DNA from: Flavobacterium agricola
GTDB lineage: Bacteria > Bacteroidota > Bacteroidia > Flavobacteriales > Flavobacteriaceae
Length of the DNA: 32,000 nucleotides
NCBI RefSeq assembly: GCF_025919725.1
Contig: NZ_CP081495.1
Location: 391,166-423,165 of the forward strand
Direction: 5' to 3'
Shown: in pieces, positions 18,897-26,256 of the stretch
How positions within the stretch are numbered: position 1 is the first letter of the stretch
How the letters are laid out: each line of letters begins with the position of its first letter
Notes under the pieces: generated by a model
Seen by the model: the letters and a program-made list of their open reading frames with translations, nothing else
What the model was told of the DNA's origin: nothing
Database searches by the model: none
Program-made: the position numbers and the translations under genes

Positions 18897-20615
18897 ATGG
18901 CAGTAACTTTTTATCCAGAAGAACAAGCGATTGCGTTTGTTGAAAATCAAATTTATACCCCAGAACAAACCCATTTAAAAGGAGAATGGATGATTTACCG
19001 AGAATTAAAACAAGCGTTAAGCAGCAGTAAAGATTCTTGGTACGTGTGGCATAATTATCATTCGGTAATTAAAGAAAATCACGAAGAATTAGGAAAGGTT
19101 GAAACCGAAATTGATTTTATTATTTTAAGTAAATACGGGCTTTTAGTTTTAGAAGTTAAAGGAGGCAAAATTGTTATTGCCAACGACAAATTTTATTGCC
19201 AAACAGCAAACCAAGAACTATCTGAAATTCAGAATCCGTTTATTCAAGCTCAAAAAAGCAAATATGTGCTTTTAAATCAGTATTTACAGCAATTTAAAAA
19301 CATTTTGGTAACGTATGCGGTTGCATTTCCATCGCTAGCTGTTGCTTTAAATCATCCAAAATACAACGAAAAGGCAATTTATAGTAAATATACCAAAGAT
19401 TATACGTTTGCAGATATTGAACAATTTATTGTTTACAACCTCAAACAATCAGCCCAAAATTTACAACAAACCAATCGGTATTTTCCAGAAAACTTGTCGG
19501 ATGCAGTAATGGCATCGGTAGCCAAAAGGTTTAATGTGAATTTATCTGATGCCAATGTTTTTGAATCTTTTAATGTTGATTTTTGGGCGCATACCGAAAG
19601 TTTTAAAATTATTGATGCCTTGCAAGAAAATCCCCGTATCATGGTACAAGGCGATCCCGGAACCGGAAAAACAACTTTAGCTTTGGCTTATGCCGAAAAA
19701 AACAAACAATTTTCGGGCTTGTACGTGTGTTGGAATAAATTATTAAAAACCAGCAATGCATTAAAATTTAAAACCCGTGGGTTAGATGTTGATGTGATAA
19801 GTTATTACGATTTTCTGCTTCAACATTTACCTAATTTAACAGTTGTTCAAGCCAATACATTTTCTTACGAACAATTTGGGCAAGCTATGCAAAACGCTAT
19901 AACGAATTATTTAGCCCAACAAGGTAAAACGTACGATTATATTATTGTTGATGAAGCGCAAGATTTGTTTGATCGAAATCTAGATTATTTTATTGATAAA
20001 ATGTGCGTAACGGGTAAAGGTTTAACCCAAGGTCGATCGTTGCTTTTGTATGATTTAAAACAAGGTTTTGATGCCGAAAAAAGAGAAGTTGATGAATTTG
20101 AGTTTCTGTTAAAACAATATTACACCCATTATCAATTAAACGGAAATAAGCGCAGTATTGTAAACGAAGAGTTGCAAAACTTTGCTTTAGATGTAAGTTA
20201 TCAACCTTTAGATGTTTTAACACCAACTTATTATAACAATAAAAATGCTGTACTATATAAACCAGTAAATGGTGCTAAAGAATTTAAAAAATTAGTGAAT
20301 TTGTATAAAATGAATGTTTTAAAAGCAGATTCATCCTTGTCTGAAAGCGATATTGTTTTGTTGTTTCAATCATCAATATTAAAAAACTACCCACAAATTG
20401 TAAGGGTTTTAAAAGAATTAGAAATTGAAGAATTGACTGAACTTAATTTTGAAACCAAGTATTTAAAATATTCTACTCCAATTAAATTTAAAGGTTTAGA
20501 AAAGAAAAATGTTGTTTTGGTTGTTTCTTCACCCAATGCAACAAGTAAGTTTGAATGGTACATGGGCATAACGCGTGCCGTACAAACAATTCATATGGTG
20601 CATTTAAATTTTTAA
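18897..20615 (+). CDS. NERD (PD-(D/E)xK-type nuclease-related) domain fused to an SF1/UvrD-like P-loop helicase core
   Basis: N-terminal NERD signature TEIDFIILSKYGLLVLEVKGG (D...EVK). Walker A is GDPGTGKTT and Walker B is IIVDEAQD. The C-terminal UvrD_C-like motifs are FKGLEKKNVVLV and MGITRAVQTIHMV. Hairpin terminators flank the gene on both sides. Confidence 0.8.
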   Translation: MAVTFYPEEQAIAFVENQIYTPEQTHLKGEWMIYRELKQALSSSKDSWYVWHNYHSVIKENHEELGKVETEIDFIILSKYGLLVLEVKGGKIVIANDKFYCQTANQELSEIQNPFIQAQKSKYVLLNQYLQQFKNILVTYAVAFPSLAVALNHPKYNEKAIYSKYTKDYTFADIEQFIVYNLKQSAQNLQQTNRYFPENLSDAVMASVAKRFNVNLSDANVFESFNVDFWAHTESFKIIDALQENPRIMVQGDPGTGKTTLALAYAEKNKQFSGLYVCWNKLLKTSNALKFKTRGLDVDVISYYDFLLQHLPNLTVVQANTFSYEQFGQAMQNAITNYLAQQGKTYDYIIVDEAQDLFDRNLDYFIDKMCVTGKGLTQGRSLLLYDLKQGFDAEKREVDEFEFLLKQYYTHYQLNGNKRSIVNEELQNFALDVSYQPLDVLTPTYYNNKNAVLYKPVNGAKEFKKLVNLYKMNVLKADSSLSESDIVLLFQSSILKNYPQIVRVLKELEIEELTELNFETKYLKYSTPIKFKGLEKKNVVLVVSSPNATSKFEWYMGITRAVQTIHMVHLNF

Positions 20616-20635
20616 AAAGACACAAATTGTCTTTT
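20615..20635 (+). terminator. Weak AT-rich hairpin terminator after the NERD-helicase gene
   Basis: aaaagaca-caaat-tgtctttt begins right at the stop codon. The stem is short and AT-rich. Confidence 0.35.
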
Positions 20636-20643
20636 GTAATATA

Positions 20644-20651
20644 TAGATTTG
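20644..20651 (+). promoter_or_regulatory. Bacteroidetes-type -7 promoter box (TAnnTTTG)
   Basis: Exact match tagatttg, 25 nt upstream of the ATG at 20676. Confidence 0.35.
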
Positions 20652-20675
20652 CCTTAAACCTAAAAACTTATAAAA

Positions 20676-21035
20676 ATGAAAAATAACGAAAACCAAAAAG
20701 CTTTAGAAATGTTTGATCAATTCAAACAAAAAAAAGTAAACGATCAAGACATTCATGATGCCGAAGCAAAAGCTAAAAACTTAGGTAAAATTGTAAAAGA
20801 TTTTAGATTGCTTATCGCTATGTTTAAAGATGGCATAAGCGGTGTTTATAGCATTTCGGGTTTAACTTTAGCTACGCTTGCAGGTGCAATTTTGTACGTT
20901 GTTTCACCAATTGATGCAGTGCCTGATTTTATTCCTTTTGTTGGTTGGTTAGACGATGTTGCTGTAATTACTTTTGTATTAGCTAACTTAAATTCAGAAA
21001 TCAGTAAATACAAAAAGTTTAAAAAAATAGAATAA
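20676..21035 (+). CDS. DUF1232 (YkvA-like) small membrane protein
   Basis: Signature SPIDAVPDFIPFVGWLDDVAVI flanked by hydrophobic segments; 119 aa. Confidence 0.75.
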   Translation: MKNNENQKALEMFDQFKQKKVNDQDIHDAEAKAKNLGKIVKDFRLLIAMFKDGISGVYSISGLTLATLAGAILYVVSPIDAVPDFIPFVGWLDDVAVITFVLANLNSEISKYKKFKKIE

Positions 21036-21096
21036 GCATTCACTCAAAAAATCAAGGCGTTCACTAAAATGTTAAATTTTTAAGAATGACTTGTTT

Positions 21097-21104
21097 TACT
21101 TTTG
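21097..21104 (+). promoter_or_regulatory. Bacteroidetes-type -7 promoter box (TAnnTTTG)
   Basis: Exact match tacttttg, 22 nt upstream of the ATG at 21126. Confidence 0.35.
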
Positions 21105-21125
21105 CTGTGAAAATTACTAGTAACT

Positions 21126-21368
21126 ATGCCAAATTATTATTGTGAATATTGCGGTGTTCAAGCGTCAAGTATAATTTCTTTAACTTCTGCAAGTTGTTTT
21201 AAAAACCCAAACGGAGGGAAACATAAACTTTACGAAGGCACTGAAAAAAACATGTACTATTGCAAGTACTGCGGTATTTCAACCGGTTCAATCTTGCAAC
21301 TTACTTCATCTTCATGCTTTAAGCATCCAAATGGCAATTTAAAAGGGAAACATGCGCCAGCATTATAA
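21126..21368 (+). CDS. Small protein made of two tandem Cx2C-x16-C-x(8-11)-H modules (putative zinc-binding); family not recognised
   Basis: Two roughly 35-aa repeats: YYCEYCGVQASSIISLTSASCFKNPNGGKH and YYCKYCGISTGSILQLTSSSCFKHPNGNLKGKH. The protein sequence is conserved while codons differ synonymously (tgt/tgc, tat/tac, tta/ctt, tct/tca), which supports a real coding gene. It has its own -7 box and a downstream terminator. Confidence 0.7.
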   Translation: MPNYYCEYCGVQASSIISLTSASCFKNPNGGKHKLYEGTEKNMYYCKYCGISTGSILQLTSSSCFKHPNGNLKGKHAPAL

Positions 21369-21451
21369 CCTTACAAAAATATTAAAGTAAATAGCAGTTA
21401 TCCTTCTGTTATTTCAAGGGGGAAATAAAAAGGAACATTTGAGGGGAAATG

Positions 21452-21479
21452 CGCCTAGTTTTTATAAGCTAGGCGTTTT
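21452..21479 (+). terminator. Rho-independent terminator
   Basis: cgcctag-(10-nt loop)-ctaggcg followed by TTTT. Confidence 0.6.
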
Positions 21480-21557
21480 CATTTTATAATTATTGCAAAA
21501 AAAAGTTTCGTTTTTTTAAAAATCCCTTAACTTTACCACTCAAATAAACCTCAAAAT

Positions 21558-22184
21558 ATGGACTTTGACAAAATATTCGAACACAACAAAAAGTGGATTA
21601 ACAAGCAATTAGAAAACAATAAAAACTATTTTGGAGAATTAGCCGAAGGGCAATCACCAGAAGTTTTATACATTGGTTGTTCTGATTCACGCGTAACCGC
21701 TGAAGAATTAATGGGAGCAAAACCCGGACAAGTTTTTGTACACCGCAACATTGCTAATATGATTCCGAATACCGATTTAAATTCGCAATCGGTAATTAAT
21801 TACGCAGTAAACTTTTTAGGTGTAAAACACATTGTTGTTTGTGGACATTACGAATGTGGTGGTATAAAATCTGCCATGCAACAATCCGATTTAGGTATTT
21901 TAAATCCATGGTTACGTAACATTCGCGACGTGTACCGTTTGCACAATAAAGAATTAACTGCCATTGCTGACGAAAAAAAACGTTACGACCGTTTGGTTGA
22001 GCTTAACGTACAAGAACAATGCATTAACGTAATGAAAACAGCCGAAGTACAAAAAGCAATTGTGGAGCGCAATTTAAAAGTTCACGGTTGGATTTTTGAT
22101 TTGCATACTGGGCAAATTATTGATTTAAATATTGATTTAGAAGCCAAAATGCAGCACATTCAAAGTATTTACAAATTGGTGTAA
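21558..22184 (+). CDS. can: Beta-class carbonic anhydrase
   Basis: Zinc ligand motifs CSDSR and VVCGHYECGG, 208 aa, typical Can/CynT layout. Confidence 0.9.
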   Translation: MDFDKIFEHNKKWINKQLENNKNYFGELAEGQSPEVLYIGCSDSRVTAEELMGAKPGQVFVHRNIANMIPNTDLNSQSVINYAVNFLGVKHIVVCGHYECGGIKSAMQQSDLGILNPWLRNIRDVYRLHNKELTAIADEKKRYDRLVELNVQEQCINVMKTAEVQKAIVERNLKVHGWIFDLHTGQIIDLNIDLEAKMQHIQSIYKLV

Positions 22185-22228
22185 CAAATTTGTAATTTGT
22201 ACTACTAATAATGTAAATAATATTTTGT

Positions 22229-22930
22229 ATGTCACAACCAATCATTGAAATTAAAGATATTAAACGCAACTTTGCCTTAGGTACAGAAACCGTTTACGTT
22301 TTAAAAGGAGTAGATTTAACCATACATAAAGGCGAATATGTTGCTTTAATGGGGCCGTCAGGTTCGGGTAAATCAACTTTAATGAATCTTTTAGGTTGTT
22401 TAGATACACCAACATCGGGTAAATATATTTTAAACGGTAAAGATGTGTCTAAAATGAAAGATGATGAATTGGCAGATATTAGAAATAAAGAAATTGGTTT
22501 TGTTTTTCAGACCTTTAACTTATTACCCAGAACAACAGCGTTAGATAATGTTGCGTTACCCATGATTTATGCAGGTAAAAATAAAACAGAACGTACCGCA
22601 CGCGCAACCGAGGTTTTAACTCAAGTTGGATTAGAAACCAGAATGGATCACGAACCCAATCAGCTTTCTGGTGGGCAACGTCAGCGTGTTGCAGTTGCCA
22701 GAGCATTGGTTAATTATCCGTCAATTATTTTAGCTGACGAACCTACAGGAAACTTAGACAGTAAAACATCGGTTGAAATTATGCGTCTTTTTGACGAAAT
22801 TCATGCTAACGGAAATACAGTAATTTTAGTAACGCACGAAGAAGATATTGCCGAACATGCGCATCGCATTATTCGTTTACGTGATGGGATTATTGAAAGT
22901 GATGAATTAAATCCAAAACATATAAAATAA
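22229..22930 (+). CDS. ABC transporter ATP-binding protein, LolD/MacB-ATPase-like; no adjacent permease
   Basis: Walker [11 protein letters not shown]-loop, signature [15 protein letters not shown], Walker [12 protein letters not shown] and H-loop VTHE. Confidence 0.9.
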   Translation: MSQPIIEIKDIKRNFALGTETVYVLKGVDLTIHKGEYVALMGPSGSGKSTLMNLLGCLDTPTSGKYILNGKDVSKMKDDELADIRNKEIGFVFQTFNLLPRTTALDNVALPMIYAGKNKTERTARATEVLTQVGLETRMDHEPNQLSGGQRQRVAVARALVNYPSIILADEPTGNLDSKTSVEIMRLFDEIHANGNTVILVTHEEDIAEHAHRIIRLRDGIIESDELNPKHIK

Positions 22931-22931
22931 T

Positions 22932-22961
22932 AAAAAGCCAGATATTTATCTGGCTTTTTTT
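22932..22961. terminator. Bidirectional terminator between convergent genes
   Basis: A5, then gccagat-attt-atctggc, then T7. Confidence 0.65.
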
Positions 22962-23244
22962 ATTGTAAATCGGTTTCTGTAAGGTTGTTGTAGTTTATTA
23001 GTTCATAAATGGTTTGATCTAATTTATGGCACATATCAACCAATAAAACTACGTTTTGGTTTTCAGAATCTGCAAAATCAGCCAATGTAAATTGCTGATC
23101 TTCTTTAAATTCAAACGTATTATCTAATTCTTTAAATTCGGTTGCAATAGTAAACTGAGTAAGCAATTCAAAAATTGATTGGCGTTTGTCTAATAATTCT
23201 TTTACAATTTTGCGTATTAATTGCTTGTCGTTTAAATGTTTCAT
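22960..23244 (-). CDS. Hypothetical small acidic protein (94 aa)
   Basis: ORF with an ATG start that ends at a bidirectional terminator. I recognise no motif. Confidence 0.5.
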   Translation of the reverse strand: MKHLNDKQLIRKIVKELLDKRQSIFELLTQFTIATEFKELDNTFEFKEDQQFTLADFADSENQNVVLLVDMCHKLDQTIYELINYNNLTETDLQ

Positions 23245-23296
23245 AGTTTATATAATCAATCTTCAATACATAATAAACGAGTTTGTAACCTAAAAA

Positions 23297-24129
23297 TTAT
23301 TTTTTAGTGCTTAAAATTTCATGAATAAGTAAAGCTTTTTTGCGCGTGGTTCCCCACATAAATTCTCCAATTTTGCCCGAAGCTTGTATAATACGATGGC
23401 ACGGTATTAAAACAGCAATTGGATTTTTACCAATAGCTGTACCAATGGCGCGTGCTAATTTTTTTCTTGAATTTGTTCAGCTATTTCACCGTAGGTATAA
23501 ATATTTTTATAAGGTAATAAAACCAATTGTTTCCAAACTTGTTCTTGCAATGGGCTTGCATGCACTAAAACCTGAAGCGGAACATCGTTTTCATGGTTAT
23601 TAATTTTTTCTAAAGCTTCTAAATGTACATTTTTAGATTTTTGTACAAATTGTGCTTTTTCAAAATAAGTTTTCAAAAGATTTTCGGCCTGATTGTCATC
23701 TTCTAAAAAATAAATCAAGCACACGTAATCGCTAATTGAGGCAATTAAAACCTTTCCGAAAAGCGAATGAAAAATGTTGTAATAAATTTCTAAATCGGCA
23801 TATTTATTTTTAACCGCCTCCGCATTAAAAAAGTTTAATTGTACGCTGGCAATAAAATCGGTTTGATTTAGGTTTTTGCTAAACAAGTTGTTCTGAAACA
23901 AATATTTAGGCAACGCATTTTTATTTATGTAGTTTAGTAAAGAAACAAAGTCAGAAAGTTCTATGTTTCCCCATTTTTCTAAATAAAAAGCAAGTTCAGT
24001 AAACCTTGTTTTTGCATCTTTTTCGGTAATAAAAAATTTTTTATCGGCTGCAATTTCGTTCGAGTAAAAATCGATAACCTTACTTACATAGGTATAACTT
24101 GCATAATTAAGATCTATATTCGTGCCCAT
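23297..24129 (-). pseudogene. ogt: Methylated-DNA-protein-cysteine methyltransferase (Ogt/MGMT family) with an N-terminal extension, interrupted by a frameshift in an A7 run
   Basis: The upstream frame ends ...LQEQVWKQLVLLPYKNIYTYGEIAEQIQEKN with a stop at 23455-23457. The -1 frame continues LARAIGTAIGKNPIAVLIPCHRIIQASGKIGEF...stop at 23297-23299 and holds the PCHR active site. The shift lies at T7 on the plus strand (23459-23465). The likely start is the ATG at 24129. Confidence 0.8.
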
Positions 24130-24224
24130 TAGCAAAAATTTCGCTTTAAAAGTTGTTTAATACTGCCCTTAAAATTACGTTTTATTTATTTAATAAATTA
24201 ATTTATATACCCATTTCAAATCAT

Positions 24225-24232
24225 TATTTTTG
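24225..24232 (+). promoter_or_regulatory. Bacteroidetes-type -7 promoter box (TAnnTTTG) for pyrD
   Basis: Exact match tatttttg, 19 nt upstream of the ATG at 24251. It overlaps the ORF-track TTG start at 24230, which is therefore unlikely. Confidence 0.35.
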
Positions 24233-24250
24233 TCCAACAACACAACTATT

Positions 24251-25264
24251 ATGTACAAATCAGTAATTCGACCGTATTTATTTAAAAAGGATCCCGAACA
24301 AGCGCATTATTTAACTTTTAATTGGTTAAAAAAGGTTTCTGCCATTCCTGGCGTTCCGGCTATGTTGCGTGCCAAGTTTTTAGTAGAAGATCCGCGTTTA
24401 GAACGCGAAGTTTTTGGTATTAAATTTAAAAATCCGGTAGGTTTAGCTGCAGGATTAGATAAAGATGCCAATGCCTTTCAGGAATTATCTAATTTAGGAT
24501 TTGGTTTTATTGAAATCGGAACCATAACTCCGAAACCGCAAGACGGAAATCCAAAAAAACGTTTGTTTCGTTTAATAGAAGATTCTGGAATTATTAACCG
24601 AATGGGATTTAATAACGGTGGGGTAGAAGCTGCTGTAAAACGTTTACAAAAAAATAAAAATGTATTAATTGGTGGTAATATTGGTAAAAATAAAATTACC
24701 CCGAACGAAGATGCCGTAAACGATTATTTAATTTGTTTTGATGCTTTGTTTGATGTGGTTGATTATTTTGTGGTAAACGTAAGTTCGCCAAACACGCCTA
24801 ATTTGCGTGCTTTACAAGATAAAGAACCTTTGATGCATTTGTTGCAAACCTTGCAAAATAAAAATTTTACAAAAGCAAAAGCCAAACCTATTTTGTTAAA
24901 AATTGCGCCCGATTTAACTAACGAACAATTGTTAGATATTATTGATATTGTTGCAACAACTAAAATAGCAGGCGTAATTGCAACCAATACAACCATTTCG
25001 CGCGATGGATTAATTTCTAAAAATCAGAGTGAAATAGGTGGTTTATCTGGTAAACCGCTAACCAAACGTGCTACCGAGGTTATTAAATTTTTATCAGATA
25101 ATAGCAACAAAGCTTTCCCAATTATTGGAGTTGGCGGTATTCATTCGGTTGAAGATGCGTTAGAAAAGTTTGAGGCAGGCGCAAGCTTAATTCAGCTTTA
25201 TACGGGTTTTATTTACGAAGGACCACAATTAATTAAAGATATCAATCAAGCGTTATTAAAATAA
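24251..25264 (+). CDS. pyrD: Dihydroorotate dehydrogenase (quinone), class 2
   Basis: N-terminal membrane-association helix ([19 protein letters not shown]), then [34 protein letters not shown] and GVGGI motifs. Confidence 0.9.
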   Translation: MYKSVIRPYLFKKDPEQAHYLTFNWLKKVSAIPGVPAMLRAKFLVEDPRLEREVFGIKFKNPVGLAAGLDKDANAFQELSNLGFGFIEIGTITPKPQDGNPKKRLFRLIEDSGIINRMGFNNGGVEAAVKRLQKNKNVLIGGNIGKNKITPNEDAVNDYLICFDALFDVVDYFVVNVSSPNTPNLRALQDKEPLMHLLQTLQNKNFTKAKAKPILLKIAPDLTNEQLLDIIDIVATTKIAGVIATNTTISRDGLISKNQSEIGGLSGKPLTKRATEVIKFLSDNSNKAFPIIGVGGIHSVEDALEKFEAGASLIQLYTGFIYEGPQLIKDINQALLK

Positions 25265-25286
25265 CGCTTGAATTTTCTATATTTAC
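25256..25286 (+). terminator. Hairpin terminator overlapping the pyrD stop codon
   Basis: caagcgttat-taaa-ataacgcttg followed by aatttt. Confidence 0.5.
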
Positions 25287-25304
25287 AATTCTATTCTATT
25301 AAAA

Positions 25305-26183
25305 ATGCTAAATACAGAAAAAAAAGCGGTTAAAATTATTGAATGTCCACGCGATGCCATGCAAGGCATTAAAGCTTTTATTCCTACAGATGCTAAGGTG
25401 CGTTACATTCAATCATTACTTCGTTGTGGTTTTGATACGTTAGATTTTGGAAGTTTTGTTTCTCCAAAAGCTATTCCACAAATGCAAGATACGGCTCAAG
25501 TTTTAGCACAATTAGATTTATCACAAACCACAACAAAATTGCTGGCTATTATTGCCAATACGCAAGGTGCGATTGCCGCAGCTCAGCACGCGCAAATTCA
25601 ATATTTAGGTTTTCCGTTTTCAATCTCAGAAAACTTTCAGATGCGTAATACGCACAAAACCATTGCACAATCTATTGTTACCTTACAAGAAATTTTAGAA
25701 ATTGCTCATAAGGCAGATAAAGAAGTTGTAGCTTATTTATCTATGGGATTCGGAAACCCGTACGGTGATCCGTGGAATGTAGATATTGTAGCAGATTGGA
25801 CAGCTAAATTAGCGCAAATGGGGGTGAAAATAATTTCTTTATCAGATACCGTTGGAAGCTCAACACCAGAAGTAATAGATTATTTATTTTCAAACTTAAT
25901 TCCTCAATACCCAAATCTTGAATTTGGAGCCCATTTACATACTACCAAAGATAAATGGTTTGAAAAAGTTGATGCTGCCTATAAAGCTGGTTGTATTCGT
26001 TTTGATGGCGCTATAAAAGGTTACGGCGGATGTCCAATGGCTAAAGATGATTTAACCGGAAATATGCCAACCGAAAAAATACTGTCTTATTTTACGGCCG
26101 AAAAAGCGCCAACTAATGTAAAATTAATGAGCTTTGAAGCCGCTTACAACGAAGCTTTATTAGTATTTAATCAGTACCATTAA
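25305..26183 (+). CDS. Hydroxymethylglutaryl-CoA lyase (HMGL-like TIM-barrel)
   Basis: IIECPRDAMQG near the N-terminus, ISLSDTVG, GAHLHT and GGCP motifs typical of HMG-CoA lyase. Confidence 0.85.
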   Translation: MLNTEKKAVKIIECPRDAMQGIKAFIPTDAKVRYIQSLLRCGFDTLDFGSFVSPKAIPQMQDTAQVLAQLDLSQTTTKLLAIIANTQGAIAAAQHAQIQYLGFPFSISENFQMRNTHKTIAQSIVTLQEILEIAHKADKEVVAYLSMGFGNPYGDPWNVDIVADWTAKLAQMGVKIISLSDTVGSSTPEVIDYLFSNLIPQYPNLEFGAHLHTTKDKWFEKVDAAYKAGCIRFDGAIKGYGGCPMAKDDLTGNMPTEKILSYFTAEKAPTNVKLMSFEAAYNEALLVFNQYH

Positions 26184-26223
26184 TAAAAACCAAATAATAT
26201 TTTTATTTTAAACAATTTAAGTT

Positions 26224-26231
26224 TAAATTTG
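26224..26231 (+). promoter_or_regulatory. Bacteroidetes-type -7 promoter box (TAnnTTTG) for guaB
   Basis: Exact match taaatttg. It abuts the ATG at 26233, so the start at 26257 ([20 protein letters not shown], 490 aa) is favoured. Confidence 0.4.
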
Positions 26232-26256
26232 TATGCAATTCAACAACAATTGCAAC

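Noticed and set aside
22229-22930. The ABC ATPase without a neighbouring permease as a possible orphan or degenerate system.
   Set aside because: All catalytic motifs are intact. LolD/MacB-like ATPases encoded apart from their permeases are common in Bacteroidota, so this is not anomalous.
26233-26256. The upstream ATG at 26233 (MQFNNNCN...) as the guaB start, and similarly the TTG starts at 3250, 5635 and 24230 from the ORF track.
   Set aside because: Exact TAnnTTTG -7 boxes overlap or abut these codons at 3245, 24225 and 26224, so they would precede the transcript start. For 5635, the downstream ATG gives a proper lipoprotein signal peptide. In each case the downstream ATG gives a canonical N-terminus.
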